From Octopus sinensis (Eukaryota): a DNA stretch of 38,098 nucleotides. The notes under the pieces are model-generated. The model did no database searches. It was not told the origin of the DNA and saw only the letters and a program-made list of their open reading frames with translations. Location of the stretch: assembly GCF_006345805.1 (NCBI RefSeq), contig NW_021835813.1, forward strand, positions 1-38,098. The letters are read 5' to 3'. Shown here piece by piece: positions 11,689-24,568 of this stretch. Numbering within the stretch: the stretch's first letter is position 1; each line of letters opens with the position of its first letter. A program made the translations under genes and the position numbers.

Positions 11689-12026
11689 TGAGCGTCCGTT
11701 GGGGTGTGTTTAAAGGAGGTTCGTATGTGTTAGTGTATTGGTATACTTATGTGGGTGGGTGTTAGCGTGTGTTCGTCGTGTGAGAGGAGGAGTCTCTGTT
11801 TTTGTGTATTCGTGTGCTTAGCTATCTATATGAGTTTGTGAGTGTGTGCAGGTGGGTGTACGCCAACCAATCTCCAAAATTTCACCTACATGTATACTAC
11901 ATTAAATCGATATATTTTCAAAGTAAGAAAACATGCTAAAATTTAAAGAAATCGAAGACGTTTGGTTAAAGGAAAACATTTCCTGTAAAAGAAAGACAAA
12001 ACATTAAAATTATCTTTTATCATTTA

Positions 12027-13472
12027 CTAGTAGTATCGCCCGGCGTTGCTCGGGTTTGTTTCGACCCGCTGGAATTGTAATCTTGAAAAGTAAAAATTTT
12101 GTGAACATTTTTCTGGTCGAAATACACCGAAAGGTGGCGACACAGCAGTGAAAAAATCGTAAAAAATAGGGATTTTCATAGAAAAAAGCATCTTTTTGAT
12201 GTAAATAATTTTTGGTGTTAACATGGTCCGATTTGAATTTTATGTTCTACGGAAGGAAGAGCAACCCTTCTTCTACCATACTCTCAATTTTGGTCAACTT
12301 GCGCCGCAGGGTCTCGGAGGATAGTGTTAGTTGAAGGTTACCATTCTAGGTGCCTGAGTAACAACTCGCGGATTTACAGAGAAATGAATTAATTACTATT
12401 TTACAGAATAAAATTAAATAATTCTTGAAAATTATTAATATTAATATTTTTGAACAAAGTAAATAATTTTTAAAACTTAAATAATAATTTTTTTTACACA
12501 AACGCGAACGGGGAAAATTTGGGTGGCGAATTCGATTTACATACCTAAATTTTTTCTTTTTCATGACATTGTAGCAAAATAGTAGTGAATTATATAAATA
12601 CCAGCAGTATATTTTTTTTTCTGGGGTTTTTTTTCAACCTCGTCACATATTTGCCCCTTTCAATTTAAACAAAGTCTTATTAAGCAATTACGGCAGCTTA
12701 GCAATGGTTTCAATACAGGCGTGACATCTGTATCTCAATTGTTCAAAACCCTTCGAATTTTTTCGCACGTGATGATATCATAGTGAAAACTTTCAATTAC
12801 GCGCGCTTATTTCTGTCTTTCACTCTGTCTGTCTCTTTACACACACTAACAAAAGCACTTCACTTACACACCACACTTTCTGTGTCGCACAACCCATCAA
12901 ACACACACACACACATACACACACACTCACGCACGCACACATGTACATCAATGCTTTCGGAGTGAAATGTTAAAATATTGAGTTTTCTCGAATTTTGTCT
13001 TAATTGGGGGTGAAATTGAAAGAAATATATTATGGCATGACCGAATAGAGTACTTTGAAAAATCTTAGGTAAACTCTAATTGAAGAAATTGTGTGAGGAG
13101 TAAATCGTTATGTATTTATTTGTTTCTGTTTGCTGTGTTTTTTTATTTTTTGAGTAGTGGTTTAAATACTTTCAGTTTAGTCTTCCTCAAATCACTCTGT
13201 CGCTATTTACTTTCATTTTATTCGTTGCACACTGTGTGTGTGCGTGTGAATGTGGTGTAAACCACATTAAGAAAAGCATTTGACACACACACCAGAATGT
13301 GAGTTTTCTGTAAATTTTGCTTAATTGGAGTTTAAATTTTAAAAACTGACCTGGCATGACCCGATGCATTCTACTCTTAAAAATGCTAGGTAAATTGTAA
13401 TGAAGAAATCCTATATTGTAGATTTCTATAACTTACAAAGGGAGGTAGATAAATCTGCCTTTTATAATAAGA
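12027..13472 (-). mobile_element. Non-autonomous Helitron, unit 1
   Basis: Minus strand: 5' TC at 13472, 3' hairpin CCCG-AGCAACGC-CGGG then CTAG at 12027. Confidence 0.85.
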
Positions 13473-14959
13473 CTAGCAGAATTGCCCGCGTTGCTCGGGG
13501 CTGATTGCTTGAAAGTACTGTTAATGATTGCACTGAATTATGATGATTATTCAGGCAAATATTGAAATAAGCTTACGGTGGGAGATAAGGACTTAACGCC
13601 AAACGTTGCCATTGCATTGTTTTGGGGGAACCAAATTTCTGATGAGCATATAGGGGCACTAACTTTAAGTTTGAGAAAGTGTGGTGGTAGTCCGGGTGCT
13701 CAAAGGAATTGAGTACCTCTATTGGATAGTTGATGACGTCCTCTGGGTCAGGAGTTGTATCGATAGACTGATATACATCGACTTCCCCAGGAATGAGTTT
13801 TAGCATTTCATCATTAATATGGTGAACAGTTTTATTCCTCGGGGCCAGTATAGCCTTTTTGCCAATCCAATCCATATTCTGATAATTAGCTTGTAAATCT
13901 GGGAACACTGCATCTCTGAGATCAGAAGGCGTCTTCAATGGTACAAATGGAATCGATGGCAATATTACCATTTTCATCCCCTGGTATTTTGCCTTCGCCA
14001 AGTGCAAGGAGAGTGTGAGGAAATGCTGGTTATGTGATATTACGTCGCATATGAGCACGCATATTGGTGTGAAGTTTGAGAGTTACTTCCGTTTATTTAA
14101 AAAAATATGCATTAAAATGGAATAAATGATGGTAAATTATTTGTAAATCATAGACTCATCGTAGACGCGCGCTAATACCCAGAAGGGCTCGATATGAATC
14201 ACGACTATAAGATACCCGGTTTTTGGTTAAACTGCATCGCAAAATGTGGAGTAGTTAGGAATCTAAATCGAAGTAGACAGACACACACCCTTTCTTTTTT
14301 TATATAAATACATACATACACACACACATACATACCACACACACACACACATACATGCATACATACATATACACATAAACCGAGTAAAAAATTTCAGTTA
14401 TCTCTCTCTTTCACACATTACTCTCTCTGTCTCTTCACACACACTAACAGAAGCACTTCACTTACACAACATACTGTCTGTCTCCCCACTCCATCAAACA
14501 CACACACACACACACATGTACATCAATGAGTCCCATGCACGGGACTTCTAAGGAACTTCCCTCGTCATACAATCGCTTTCTCTTAGTCTCTTTCGCTCTC
14601 ATTACTTATGTGAAAAAATAAAAGTTTTTTCTATGTGTGTAAAGAGGAAGTGGGAGGCAGAGTGAAAGAATCACTCACTACAGTAAGTGAATTACTTTCA
14701 TTTTATTCCTTGCCCACTGTGTGTGTGCGTTTGCGTGTGTGTAAACCACTAAGAAAAGCATTTGACACACACACCAGAATGTGAGTTTTCTGTAAATTTT
14801 GCTTAATTGGAGTTTGAATTTTAAAAACTGGACCTGGCATGACGCGATGCATAGTACTCTTAAAACTGCTAGGTAAATTGTAATTGAAGAAATCCTATAT
14901 TGTAGATTTGTATAACTCCCAAAGGGAGGCAGATAAAATCTGCCTTTTATAATAAGAGA
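13473..14959 (-). mobile_element. Helitron, unit 2, with helicase remnant
   Basis: Minus strand: A|TC 5' end at 14959, hairpin CCCG-AGCAACG-CGGG and CTAG at 13473. Shares its 5' ~300 bp with unit 1. Confidence 0.85.
13573..13960 (-). pseudogene. PIF1-like RepHel helicase fragment, frameshifted
   Basis: VFPDL..NY, AILAPRNKTV..IN, YQSID...NYPIEVLNS match Helitron helicase motifs; the LKV and GTRL-like continuation is shifted out of frame. Confidence 0.8.
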
Positions 14960-15225
14960 TCAGCTTCTGCTAGAGCTGCGGCCACGCTGAAGCACCAAAA
15001 ACTATTGTTCGTTTAGTATTTCTAACTTTTGAAATTTTTCAGTAGTTAAGTATATTTTTATGATTTTTAACTTTCACCAATTTTCACTTCAATTCTCATA
15101 CTGTTTCATTGGTTTATTTTCTTTGATTAGTAATTTTCCCATATGATTGTTTTGTCGTTGCTTTTTCTCTAGATTCTTGTTTTTCAGTTTGCTTTTTTTT
15201 TATATCCAGTAATTATTATTTTCTC

Positions 15226-16225
15226 TTATCTTTCAACTTCATTTTTGTTTGGCTCTTCCTTTTCCTTTTCCTTTTCCCTTTCAAAAGAATATTTGACCTT
15301 CATTTGAAATTTGCCTAGCAGTAACAGCATCTCTTCTAGTTCATCTGGTTCATAATTGAATGATACTTTTTTTATATCCGTACTTTTTTTATAAAATGGG
15401 ATTTTTACGAGTGGGTTTTCCTCTCCAGCTCCATAATCGAAATTAGCTTCACAGACTATATTGCCCGGTTCTTTGCCTTGGTCATTTCTATCCTCGACTG
15501 TGCCTTTGTACTTATAAGATCGATACATTATATCCTTCAATTTATTCTGGGCCTCTTTGAGGTTTTCATTATCCTCATTCTTTAATATCTCCTCCAAAAT
15601 ACTATCTGTAAAATAAGTAAATTTCTTCATATCGTCGACCTTTTCGAAAATTTTCAGGTGTTTATCTGCGGATTTGAAGGCCTCGCCAAGTAGTTTATTA
15701 AACAGAAGAACAGTTTTGTGTTGGTAAGCTGTTTTATGTAATCGATATCGGGATTAAAACATATCAAAGAAATTATCAAGAGTTTTGTCTCCGTAGCATG
15801 TTTGATCACCTATTACTTTGGACATTTTTATCATTCTTTCGTGATCAAATGACTTTCCAATACCAAGAAAATGGGAATCTCTCGCTAGATTATCCCATTT
15901 ATCAACGTCGATGTTATAGGAAGAATTGTTGATAATTTGGTAAAGAAATTGTGGTTTCGCGGAATTTCCTGATTTACCAATGATAAGATCTTTTATGAAA
16001 GCAATTTCATCGGGCTCAAGTTTTTCTTTAACATGTGGGTTCTCTTTAAGAAGATGATCCAACATTTCACATGATGCATCTTCATGTTTCCATTTATTAT
16101 CTGTTTTTAGATTTTCTGCATCTTCATGTTTCCATTTATTATCTGTTTTTCGATATTCATCAATAAAATCTTTAAAGACATGCGAAAACGGCGCATGTCC
16201 TAAATCATGACACAAACCAGCAATT
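15226..16225 (-). pseudogene. SAMHD1-like pseudogene P2 (3' two-thirds)
   Basis: IAGLCHDLGHAPFSH to ..EEPNKNEVER*. 5' part replaced by (TAC)n; TAT>TAA stop at 15754-15756; DY>DN; 42-bp internal duplication. Confidence 0.9.
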
Positions 16226-16314
<89 letters not shown>

Positions 16315-16330
16315 TGTAGTAGTAGTAGTT

Positions 16331-16401
<71 letters not shown>

Positions 16402-17081
16402 CAACAAGAACAGCAACAGTAGGATCGAATAAGTTTCACTTTCTGTAGTAAAGTACTGCGAAGATTGTCAGTTGTTTTGATAATTGTATGCGTGTGTGTA
16501 TGCATGTGTATATGTGTGTCTGAATAACTGTGTGTAAATGTGTTCGTGTGTATGTCTGTGTACGTGTCTGATCTACATGTGTGTGTGTGTGTGTTGGTTT
16601 GTGAGTGCGTGCGTGCGTGCGTGTGTATGTCTGTGAATGTGTATGTGTGTGAGAGAGAGAAAGAGAAAGAGAGAGGGGGGGACGTATATGAACTCTACCA
16701 ACTGATCTAAATGTTTGTTTACTCGCTGCACTGCTCTCGTACGCCTACTACAATATCAGTATTAATCTAACAGTTAGTTAATGTTGTGCATAGCTCTTCA
16801 AGAGATTTCGATGTTTATATCCTGTTTGTAGCGCAACGAGAAATCTAACAGCGATAAGTATTAAGTCGTATAACGAGTTGTTTCCTTGGATAGCTTTACA
16901 GCGTCAAGGGAGACTATTCATTTTGAAGTTTCTATGCTCAAATTCTTTTCTAATTTTCACACAAGTCAGCAAATTTGAGGGGAAGACCAAGTCGCCTACA
17001 TGGACCCAAAGTACTCGACTGGTAATAATTTTATCGATCCTGAATTGATTAAAGGAAAAGTCGACATTCAATAAAATTGAA

Positions 17082-17247
17082 GGCGTAGAAGTAGCTGTGT
17101 GGTAAGTAGCTTGCTTACCAACCACATGGTTCCGGGTTCAGTCCCAGTGCGTTGCACCGTGGGCAAGTGTCTTCTACTATAGCCTTGGGCCGACCAAAGC
17201 CTTGTGAGTGGATTTGGAAGATGGAAACTGAGAGAAGCCCGTTAAAT

Positions 17248-17320
<73 letters not shown>

Positions 17321-17558
17321 TGTGTATGTATGTATGTGTGTATATATGTTTGTGTGTCTGTGCTTGTCTCTCCAACATCGCTTGACAACCGAAGCTAGTG
17401 TGTTTACGTCCCCATAACCTAGCGGTTCGGCAAAAAGAGACCGATAAAATTAGTACTAGGCTTACAAAGAATAAGTCCTGGGGTCAATTTGCTGGACTGT
17501 AATGGCGGTGTTCCCATATGGCCACAGTCAAAATGACTGAAACAAGTAAGTAAAAGAA
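17082..17558 (+). mobile_element. Full-length tRNA-derived SINE with internal (TA)n/(TG)n
   Basis: Head GGCGTAGAAGTAGCTGTGTGG, body CTTGACAACCGA...GCGGTTCGGCAAAA, tail CAGTCAAAATGACTGAAACAAGTAA. Confidence 0.85.
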
Positions 17559-18276
17559 GTATTATGAGACGAATGAAATGCCTCTAACCATTTTGTCCGG
17601 CGCGGAAACGATTCTACCAGCTCGCCACCTTTCTCTGCTCTTAAACAAGTATATATTTCAACGTGAGGATGGACGTTTTATTGCAGAAATGCTAGAGTGA
17701 TGGACATATTTGTCTTGCGGTATTCCTCTCATTTCTTTATATTCTGAGTTCAAATCGCAGCGGAGTTGACTGTGACTTTCGTTTTTCTAAAGGCGATGAG
17801 ACATATACTGAATAAATAATAAGATTTTCCATTTGGCTTTAGGTCGTCTAGAAAATAATGGCGAATCTTCTGTCGTTGACAGCTAAAGCAATTTTCATAT
17901 TTGCAGGAGTGGCTGTGTGGTAAGTAGCTTGCTAACACACCACATGGTTCCGGGTTCAGTCCCAATGCGTGGCATCATGGGCAAGTGTCTTCTGCTATAG
18001 CCCCGGGCCGACCAATGCCTTGTGCGTGGATTTGGTTGTCGGAAACTGAAAATAAGCCTGTCGTATATATGTATATATATATATATATATATAGTGGAAG
18101 GTTTGGACATGATGTACAGGTATTATATATTAGAAGAAATGAGGTATTCAGAAGATCGGATGGTTTATATTTACAGATATTTATTTATATATTACATTTT
18201 TTACATATATATCATATCACTTACATCATTAGCGCTTTCTCCCATTCTAGTGGGGTTTTCAAATCAAAATAACTTC

Positions 18277-18593
18277 TGGGTTCTCTTTAAGAAGATGATC
18301 CAACATGTCACACGATGCATCTTCATGTTTCCATTTATTATCTGCACTTCGATTTTCATTAATAAAACCTTCAAAGACATGCGAAAACGGCGCATGTCCT
18401 AAACGGCGCAAGTCCTAAAACGGCGCATGTCCGAAACGGCGCAAGTCCTAAAACGGCGCATGTCCACAAACCAGCAATTTCCACGCAAAGTATATCGCGT
18501 TCAGATACTTTCGGAGGGGCTTTTTGTTGGTTAAGATGACGAATCATTTCCACAGCTAAATAACATGTCCCCAGGCAATGCTCGAATCTATTA
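18277..18593 (-). pseudogene. SAMHD1-like fragment P3, HD codons deleted
   Basis: NRFEHCLGTC..AVEMIRHL..ERDILCVEIAGL, then a five-unit minisatellite in place of CHDLG, then [14 protein letters not shown]. Confidence 0.85.
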
Positions 18594-18609
18594 CGAAAGG
18601 CAACAGCGT

Positions 18610-18610
18610 C

Positions 18611-18676
<66 letters not shown>

Positions 18677-18699
18677 GGTGGCGGTTGTAGTACTAGTAA

Positions 18700-18742
<43 letters not shown>

Positions 18743-18892
18743 TGATAGTGGTGGTGGTGGTGGTGGTGGTGGTGGTGGTGGTGGTGGTGGCGGTGGTTGT
18801 AGTAGTAGTGGTAGTAGTAGTGATGGTGGTGGTGGTGGTGGTGGTGGTGGTGGTGTGGTGGTTGTAGTAGTAGTAGTAGTAGTATACTACTA

Positions 18893-18923
<31 letters not shown>

Positions 18924-18953
18924 TGTTGTTGTTGTTGTTGTTGTTGTTGTATT

Positions 18954-19009
<56 letters not shown>

Positions 19010-19072
19010 GGTAGTTGTAGTAGTAGTAGTAGTAGTAGTAGTATAGTAGTAGTAGTAGTAGTAGTAGTAGTA
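18610..19072. repeat. Compound (GTA)n/(GGT)n/(GTT)n microsatellite; similar tracts at 16226-16400, 20250-20330, 20733-20823, 22630-22860, 23908-24105
   Basis: Directly visible trinucleotide runs. Confidence 0.95.
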
Positions 19073-20175
19073 CAACAAGAACAGCAACAGATGGATCGAA
19101 TAAGTTTCACTTTCTGTAGTAAAGTACTGCGAAGATTGTCAGTTGTTTTGATAATTGTATGCGTGTGTGTATGCATGTGTATATGTGTGTCTGAATAACT
19201 GTGTGTAAATGTGTTCGTGTGTATGTCTGTGTACGTGTCTGATCTACATGTGTGTGTGTGTGTGTTGGTTTGTGAGTGCGTGCGTGCGTGCGTGTGTATG
19301 TCTGTGAATGTGTATGTGTGTGAGAGAGAGAAAGAGAGAGAGAGAGAGAGTTTATTGGAAAAGGAAGATAGAATTATCTACTGTAGAATTTTCTATACAA
19401 GAGAAGCTATAGCTTCGAGAAGGTGTGCTTCGTATAGAAGTATGGCGAGTAGCTAAACGTCTTCAGAAACTTTATATAAATCTCTTAGATCAGGTCACTT
19501 ATATATGGGACGTATATGAACTCTACCAACTGACCTAAATGTTTGTTTACTCGCTGCACTGCTCTCGTACGCCTACTACAATATCAGTATTAATCTAACA
19601 GTCATTAGTTAATGTTGTGCATAGCTCTTCAAGAGATTTCGATGTTTGTATCCGTTTGTCGAGCGATAAGATCTATAACAGTTAAGATTTGTCGTTAGGG
19701 TCAGGCTATTCATGAAGTTCTTATGCTCAATTCTTTCAAGAAAATTCAAGTGAAAATTCAAATAAAAGCGCTACAAGTCAAGCCCAAGCACTGATGGAAT
19801 AATCCTACATGACCCAATGTACTCAACTGGTAATAATTTTATCGATCCTGAATCGATTAAAGGTAAAGTCGACCTAGAATAAAATTGAAGGCGTAGAAGT
19901 AGCTGTGTGGTAAGTAGCTTGCTTACCAGCTTTGCAGGTTCAAGGGAGACTATTCATTTTGATTGGTTCAAATTGTAGAAATTGAAGAAAAAAACAACAA
20001 ATATCTTACAAACTATAGAATTTTCTCAATAAAGCCAAGAGAAAAAGATGTTTTATAAACACTTTCTACGAGTATAAGAAGTTTAAAATTTTTTAGGTAC
20101 CTAGAAATTATGTTAAAAACAGCCGTTCAAACCGAAAAGATCCGACGTCACTGATTGGTTGAAATTGCAGAAATT

Positions 20176-20249
20176 GAAGCTGATGGAAAAACATAATAAC
20201 ACAAACCTAATTGTTTGATGTTCCGTAATCTCTGAAATTGTACTGTATT
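20176..20249 (-). pseudogene. Isolated SAMHD1-like 5' motif fragment
   Basis: Near-identical to ~32026-32099 (TVQFQRLRNIKQLGLCYYVFPSAS), between a MITE end and (GGT)n. Confidence 0.85.
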
Positions 20250-20286
20250 GGTGGTGGTGGTGGTGGTGGTCGTGGTGGTGGTCGTG

Positions 20287-20331
<45 letters not shown>

Positions 20332-20402
20332 ACAGTGGCGGCTGCTGCTTCTAAATTTCACTTTCACTATTAATCTACTGCGAATTAAATCCGTCATCTT
20401 AA

Positions 20403-20456
<54 letters not shown>

Positions 20457-20460
<4 letters not shown>

Positions 20461-20731
20461 TTTCGAGGAATTTCCTGATTTACCAATGATAAGATCTTTT
20501 AGGAAAGCAATTTCATCGGGCTCAAGTTTTTCTTTAACATGTGGGTTCTCTTTAAGAAGATGATCCAACATTTCACATGATGCATCTTCAAGTTTCCATC
20601 TTTTATCTGTTTTTCGATTTTCTGCATCTTCATGTTTCCATTTATTATCTGTTTTTCGATATCCATCAATAAAATCTTTAAAGACATGCGAAAACGGCGC
20701 ATGTCCTAAATCATGACACAAACAAGCAATT
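20457..20731 (-). pseudogene. SAMHD1-like fragment P4
   Basis: CLCHDLGHAPFSHVFKDF...IIGKSGNS; sister of P2 (same 42-bp duplication); bounded by (GT)n and (GTA)n. Confidence 0.85.
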
Positions 20732-20734
20732 ATT

Positions 20735-20824
<90 letters not shown>

Positions 20825-21124
20825 CAACAAGAACAGCAACAGTAGGATCGAATAGGTTTCACTTTCTGTAGTAAAGTACTGCGAAGATTGTCAGTTGTTT
20901 TGATAATTGTATACGTGTGTGTATGCATGTGTATATGAGTGTCTGAATAACTGTGTGTAAATGTGTTCGTGTGTATGTCTGTGTATGTGTCTGATCTACA
21001 TGTGTGTGTGTGTGTGTTCGTTTGTGAGTGCGTGCGTGCGTGTGTATGTCTGTGAATGTGTATGTGTGTGAGAGAGAGAAAGAGAGAGAGAGAGTTTATT
21101 GGAAAAGGAAGATGGAATTATCTA

Positions 21125-21243
21125 CCGGGTTCAGTCCCAGTGCGTGGCACCGTGGGCAAGTGTCTTCTACTATTGCCTTGGGCCGACCAAAGCCTTGTTA
21201 GTCGATTTGGTGGAAGGAAACTGAGATAAGCCCGTTGTATATA

Positions 21244-21321
<78 letters not shown>

Positions 21322-21518
21322 GTGTGTATATGTTTGTGTGTCTGTGCTTGTCACTCCAACATCGCTTGACAACCGATGCTGGTGTGTTTACGTCCCCGTA
21401 ACTTAGCGGTTCGGCAAAAAGAGACCGATAGAATAAGTCCTGAGGTCGATTTGCTCGACTGTAATGGCGGTGTTCCCATATGGCCACAGTCAAAATGACT
21501 GAAACAAGTAAGTAAAAG
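21125..21518 (+). mobile_element. 5'-truncated SINE, paralogue of 17082-17558
   Basis: CCGGGTTCAGTCCCAGTGCG...CAGTCAAAATGACTGAAACAAGTAAG. Confidence 0.8.
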
Positions 21519-22066
21519 AAGTATTATGAGACGAATGAAATGCCTCTAACCATTTTGTCCGGCGCGGAAACGATTCTACCAGCTCGCCACCTTTCTCTGC
21601 TCTTAAACAAATATATTTCAACGTGAGGATGGAAGATTTATTGCAGAATTGCTGGAGTGGTGGCCATATTTGCCTTGCGGTATTCCTCTCAATTCTTTAT
21701 ATTCTGAGTTCAAATCGCAGCGGAGTTGACTGTGCCTTTCGTGTTTCTAAAGGCGATGAGACATATACTGAATAAATAATAAGGTTTTCCATTTTGTTTT
21801 TTAGGTCGTCTAGAAAATAATGGTGAATTTCTGTCGTTGACAGCTAAAGCGATTTTCATATTTGCAGGAGTGGCTGTGTGGTAAGTAGCTTGCTAACCAA
21901 CCACATGGTTCTGGGTTCAGTCCCACTGCGTGGCATCATGGGCAAGTGTTTTCTGCTATAGCCCCAGGCCGACCAATGCCTTGTGCGTGGATTTGGTAGT
22001 CGGAAACTGAAAAGAGCCTGTCGTATATATGTATATATATATATATGTTATATATATATATATATA

Positions 22067-22165
<99 letters not shown>

Positions 22166-22329
22166 GAAGTTTTGGAGATGATGTACAGGTATTATATATT
22201 AGAAGAAATGAGGTAATCAGAAGATCGGATGGTTTATATTTACAGATATTTATTTATATATATATCATATCACTTAGATCATTAGCGCTTTCTCCCATTC
22301 TAGTGGGGTTTTCAAATCAAAATAACTTC

Positions 22330-22613
22330 TGGGTTCTCTTTAAGAAGATGATCCAACATTTCACACGATGCATCTTCATGCTTCCATTTATTATCTGCAC
22401 TTCGATTTCAATTAATAAAACCTTCAAAGACATGCGAAAACGGTGCAAGTCCGAAACGGCGCATGTCCTAAAACGGCGCATGTCCACAAACCAGCAATTT
22501 CCACGCAAAATATATCGCGTTCAGATACTTTCGGAGGGGCTTTTTGTTGGTTAAGATGACGAATCATTTTCCCAGCTAAATAACATGTCCCCAGACAATG
22601 CTCGAATCTATTA
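22330..22613 (-). pseudogene. SAMHD1-like fragment P5, HD codons deleted
   Basis: Same structure as P3 with three minisatellite units. Confidence 0.85.
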
Positions 22614-22630
22614 GGAAGAGCAACAGCGTC

Positions 22631-22670
<40 letters not shown>

Positions 22671-22782
22671 TAGTAGTAGTAGTAGTAGTATTGGTGGTGG
22701 TGGTGGTGGTGGGGTGGTGGTGGTGGTGGTGGTGGTGGTGGTGGTTGTAGTAGTAGTAGTAGTAGTAGTAGTAGCAGTAGTA

Positions 22783-22823
<41 letters not shown>

Positions 22824-23273
22824 ATGGTGGTTGCGGTGGTGGTTGTAGTAGTAGTAGTAGTTACTGTTGTGCATAGCCCTTTAAGAGATTTCGATGATTA
22901 GATAGTGTTCTTAGCGCAACTAGAAATCTAAGAGCGATAAGTATTAAGTCTTATAACGAGTTGTCTCCTTGGATAGCTTTACAGAGTCAAGGGAGACTAT
23001 TCATTTTGGTTGGTTGAAATTGTAGAAATTGAAGAAAAAAAAACAACAAATATCTTACAAACTATAGAAATTTCTCGATAAATCCAAGAGAAAAAGATGT
23101 TTTATAAACACATTCTAATAGTATACGAAGTTTCAAATTTTTTAGTTACCTAGAAATTATGTTAAAAACTGCCGTTCAAACCGAAAAGATCCAAATCAGG
23201 TACTTAACCAACACAAAATGGGTCAAATATACGTAGAGGTTGACAGCAAAAAATGGACCTACACACACACAGA

Positions 23274-23325
<52 letters not shown>

Positions 23326-23907
23326 TACATACATACATACATACATACATACATACATACATACATACATACATACATACATACATACATACATACATAC
23401 ATGCATGCACGGCGGCACCTTGAAAAATTTGTTGTCGACTATTTCGACCCCAATACTTTTTTTTTTAATCCTTTTAAGCCTGGTACTTACTCTATCGGGC
23501 TTTTATGCCCAACCGCTAAGTTACTTTTTTTAGTCATTTGACTGCGACCATGCTGGTGCACCGTCGTAAAAATTTTTTAGTGGAATTTATCTACTCCTGT
23601 GTCTATTTTTAATGCCTGGTACTTATCCTATCGATTTTCACACGATGCATCTTCATGTTTCCATTTATTATCTGCACTTCGATTTCAATTAATAAAACCT
23701 TCAAAGACATGCGAAAACGGCGCAAGTCCTAAACGGCGCATGTCCTAAAACGGCGCATGTCCACAAACCAGCAATTTCCAGGCAAAATATATCGCGTTCA
23801 GATACTTTCGGAGGGGCTTTTTGTTGGTTAAGATGACGAATCATTTTCCCAGCTAAATAACATGTCCCCAGACAATGCTCGAATCTATTAGGAAGAGCAA
23901 CAGCGTC

Positions 23908-23950
<43 letters not shown>

Positions 23951-24021
23951 TTGGTGGTGGCGGTGGTGGTGGTGGTGGTGGTGGTGCTGGTGGTGCTGGT
24001 GGTGTTGGTGGTGGTTGTAGT

Positions 24022-24066
<45 letters not shown>

Positions 24067-24502
24067 ATGGTGGTTGCGGTGGTGGTTGTAGTAGTAGTAG
24101 TAGTTACTGTTGTGCATAGCCCTTTAAGAGATTTCGATGATTAGATCTTGTTCTTAGCGCAACTAGAAATCTAAGAGCGATAAGTATTAAGTCTTATAAC
24201 GAGTTGTCTCCTTGGATAGCTTTACAGAGTCAAGGGAGACTATTCATTTTGGTTGGTTGAAATTGTAGAAATTGAAGAAAAAAAAACAACAAATATCTTA
24301 CAAACTATAGAATTTTCTCGATAAATCCAAGAGAAAAAGATGTTTTATAAACACATTCTAATAGTATACGAAGTTTCAAATTTTTTAGTTACCTAGAAAT
24401 TATGTTAAAAACTGCCGTTCAAACCGAAAAGATCCAAATCAGGTACTTAACCAACACAAAATGGGTCAAATATACGTAGAGGTTGACAGCAAAAAAAGGA
24501 CC

Positions 24503-24568
<66 letters not shown>

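Larger units (their letters stand above)
5583..12026. repeat. Segmental duplication, copy 1 (about 6.4 kb; partner 24668-30693)
   Basis: Colinear near-identical sequence with the same SINEs, hairpins, Tigger remnant and MITEs. Partner lacks about 335 bp (~7632-7969). Confidence 0.9.

Noticed and set aside
16904-17125. Possible LINE RT motif (LNVDFS..RID)
   Set aside because: Weak; the paralogue at ~19800-19880 has stops, and the DNA looks like a diverged SINE remnant.
18384-18465. CRISPR-like array
   Set aside because: Contiguous 16-17 bp units without spacers, derived from SAMHD1-like coding sequence, in eukaryotic DNA.
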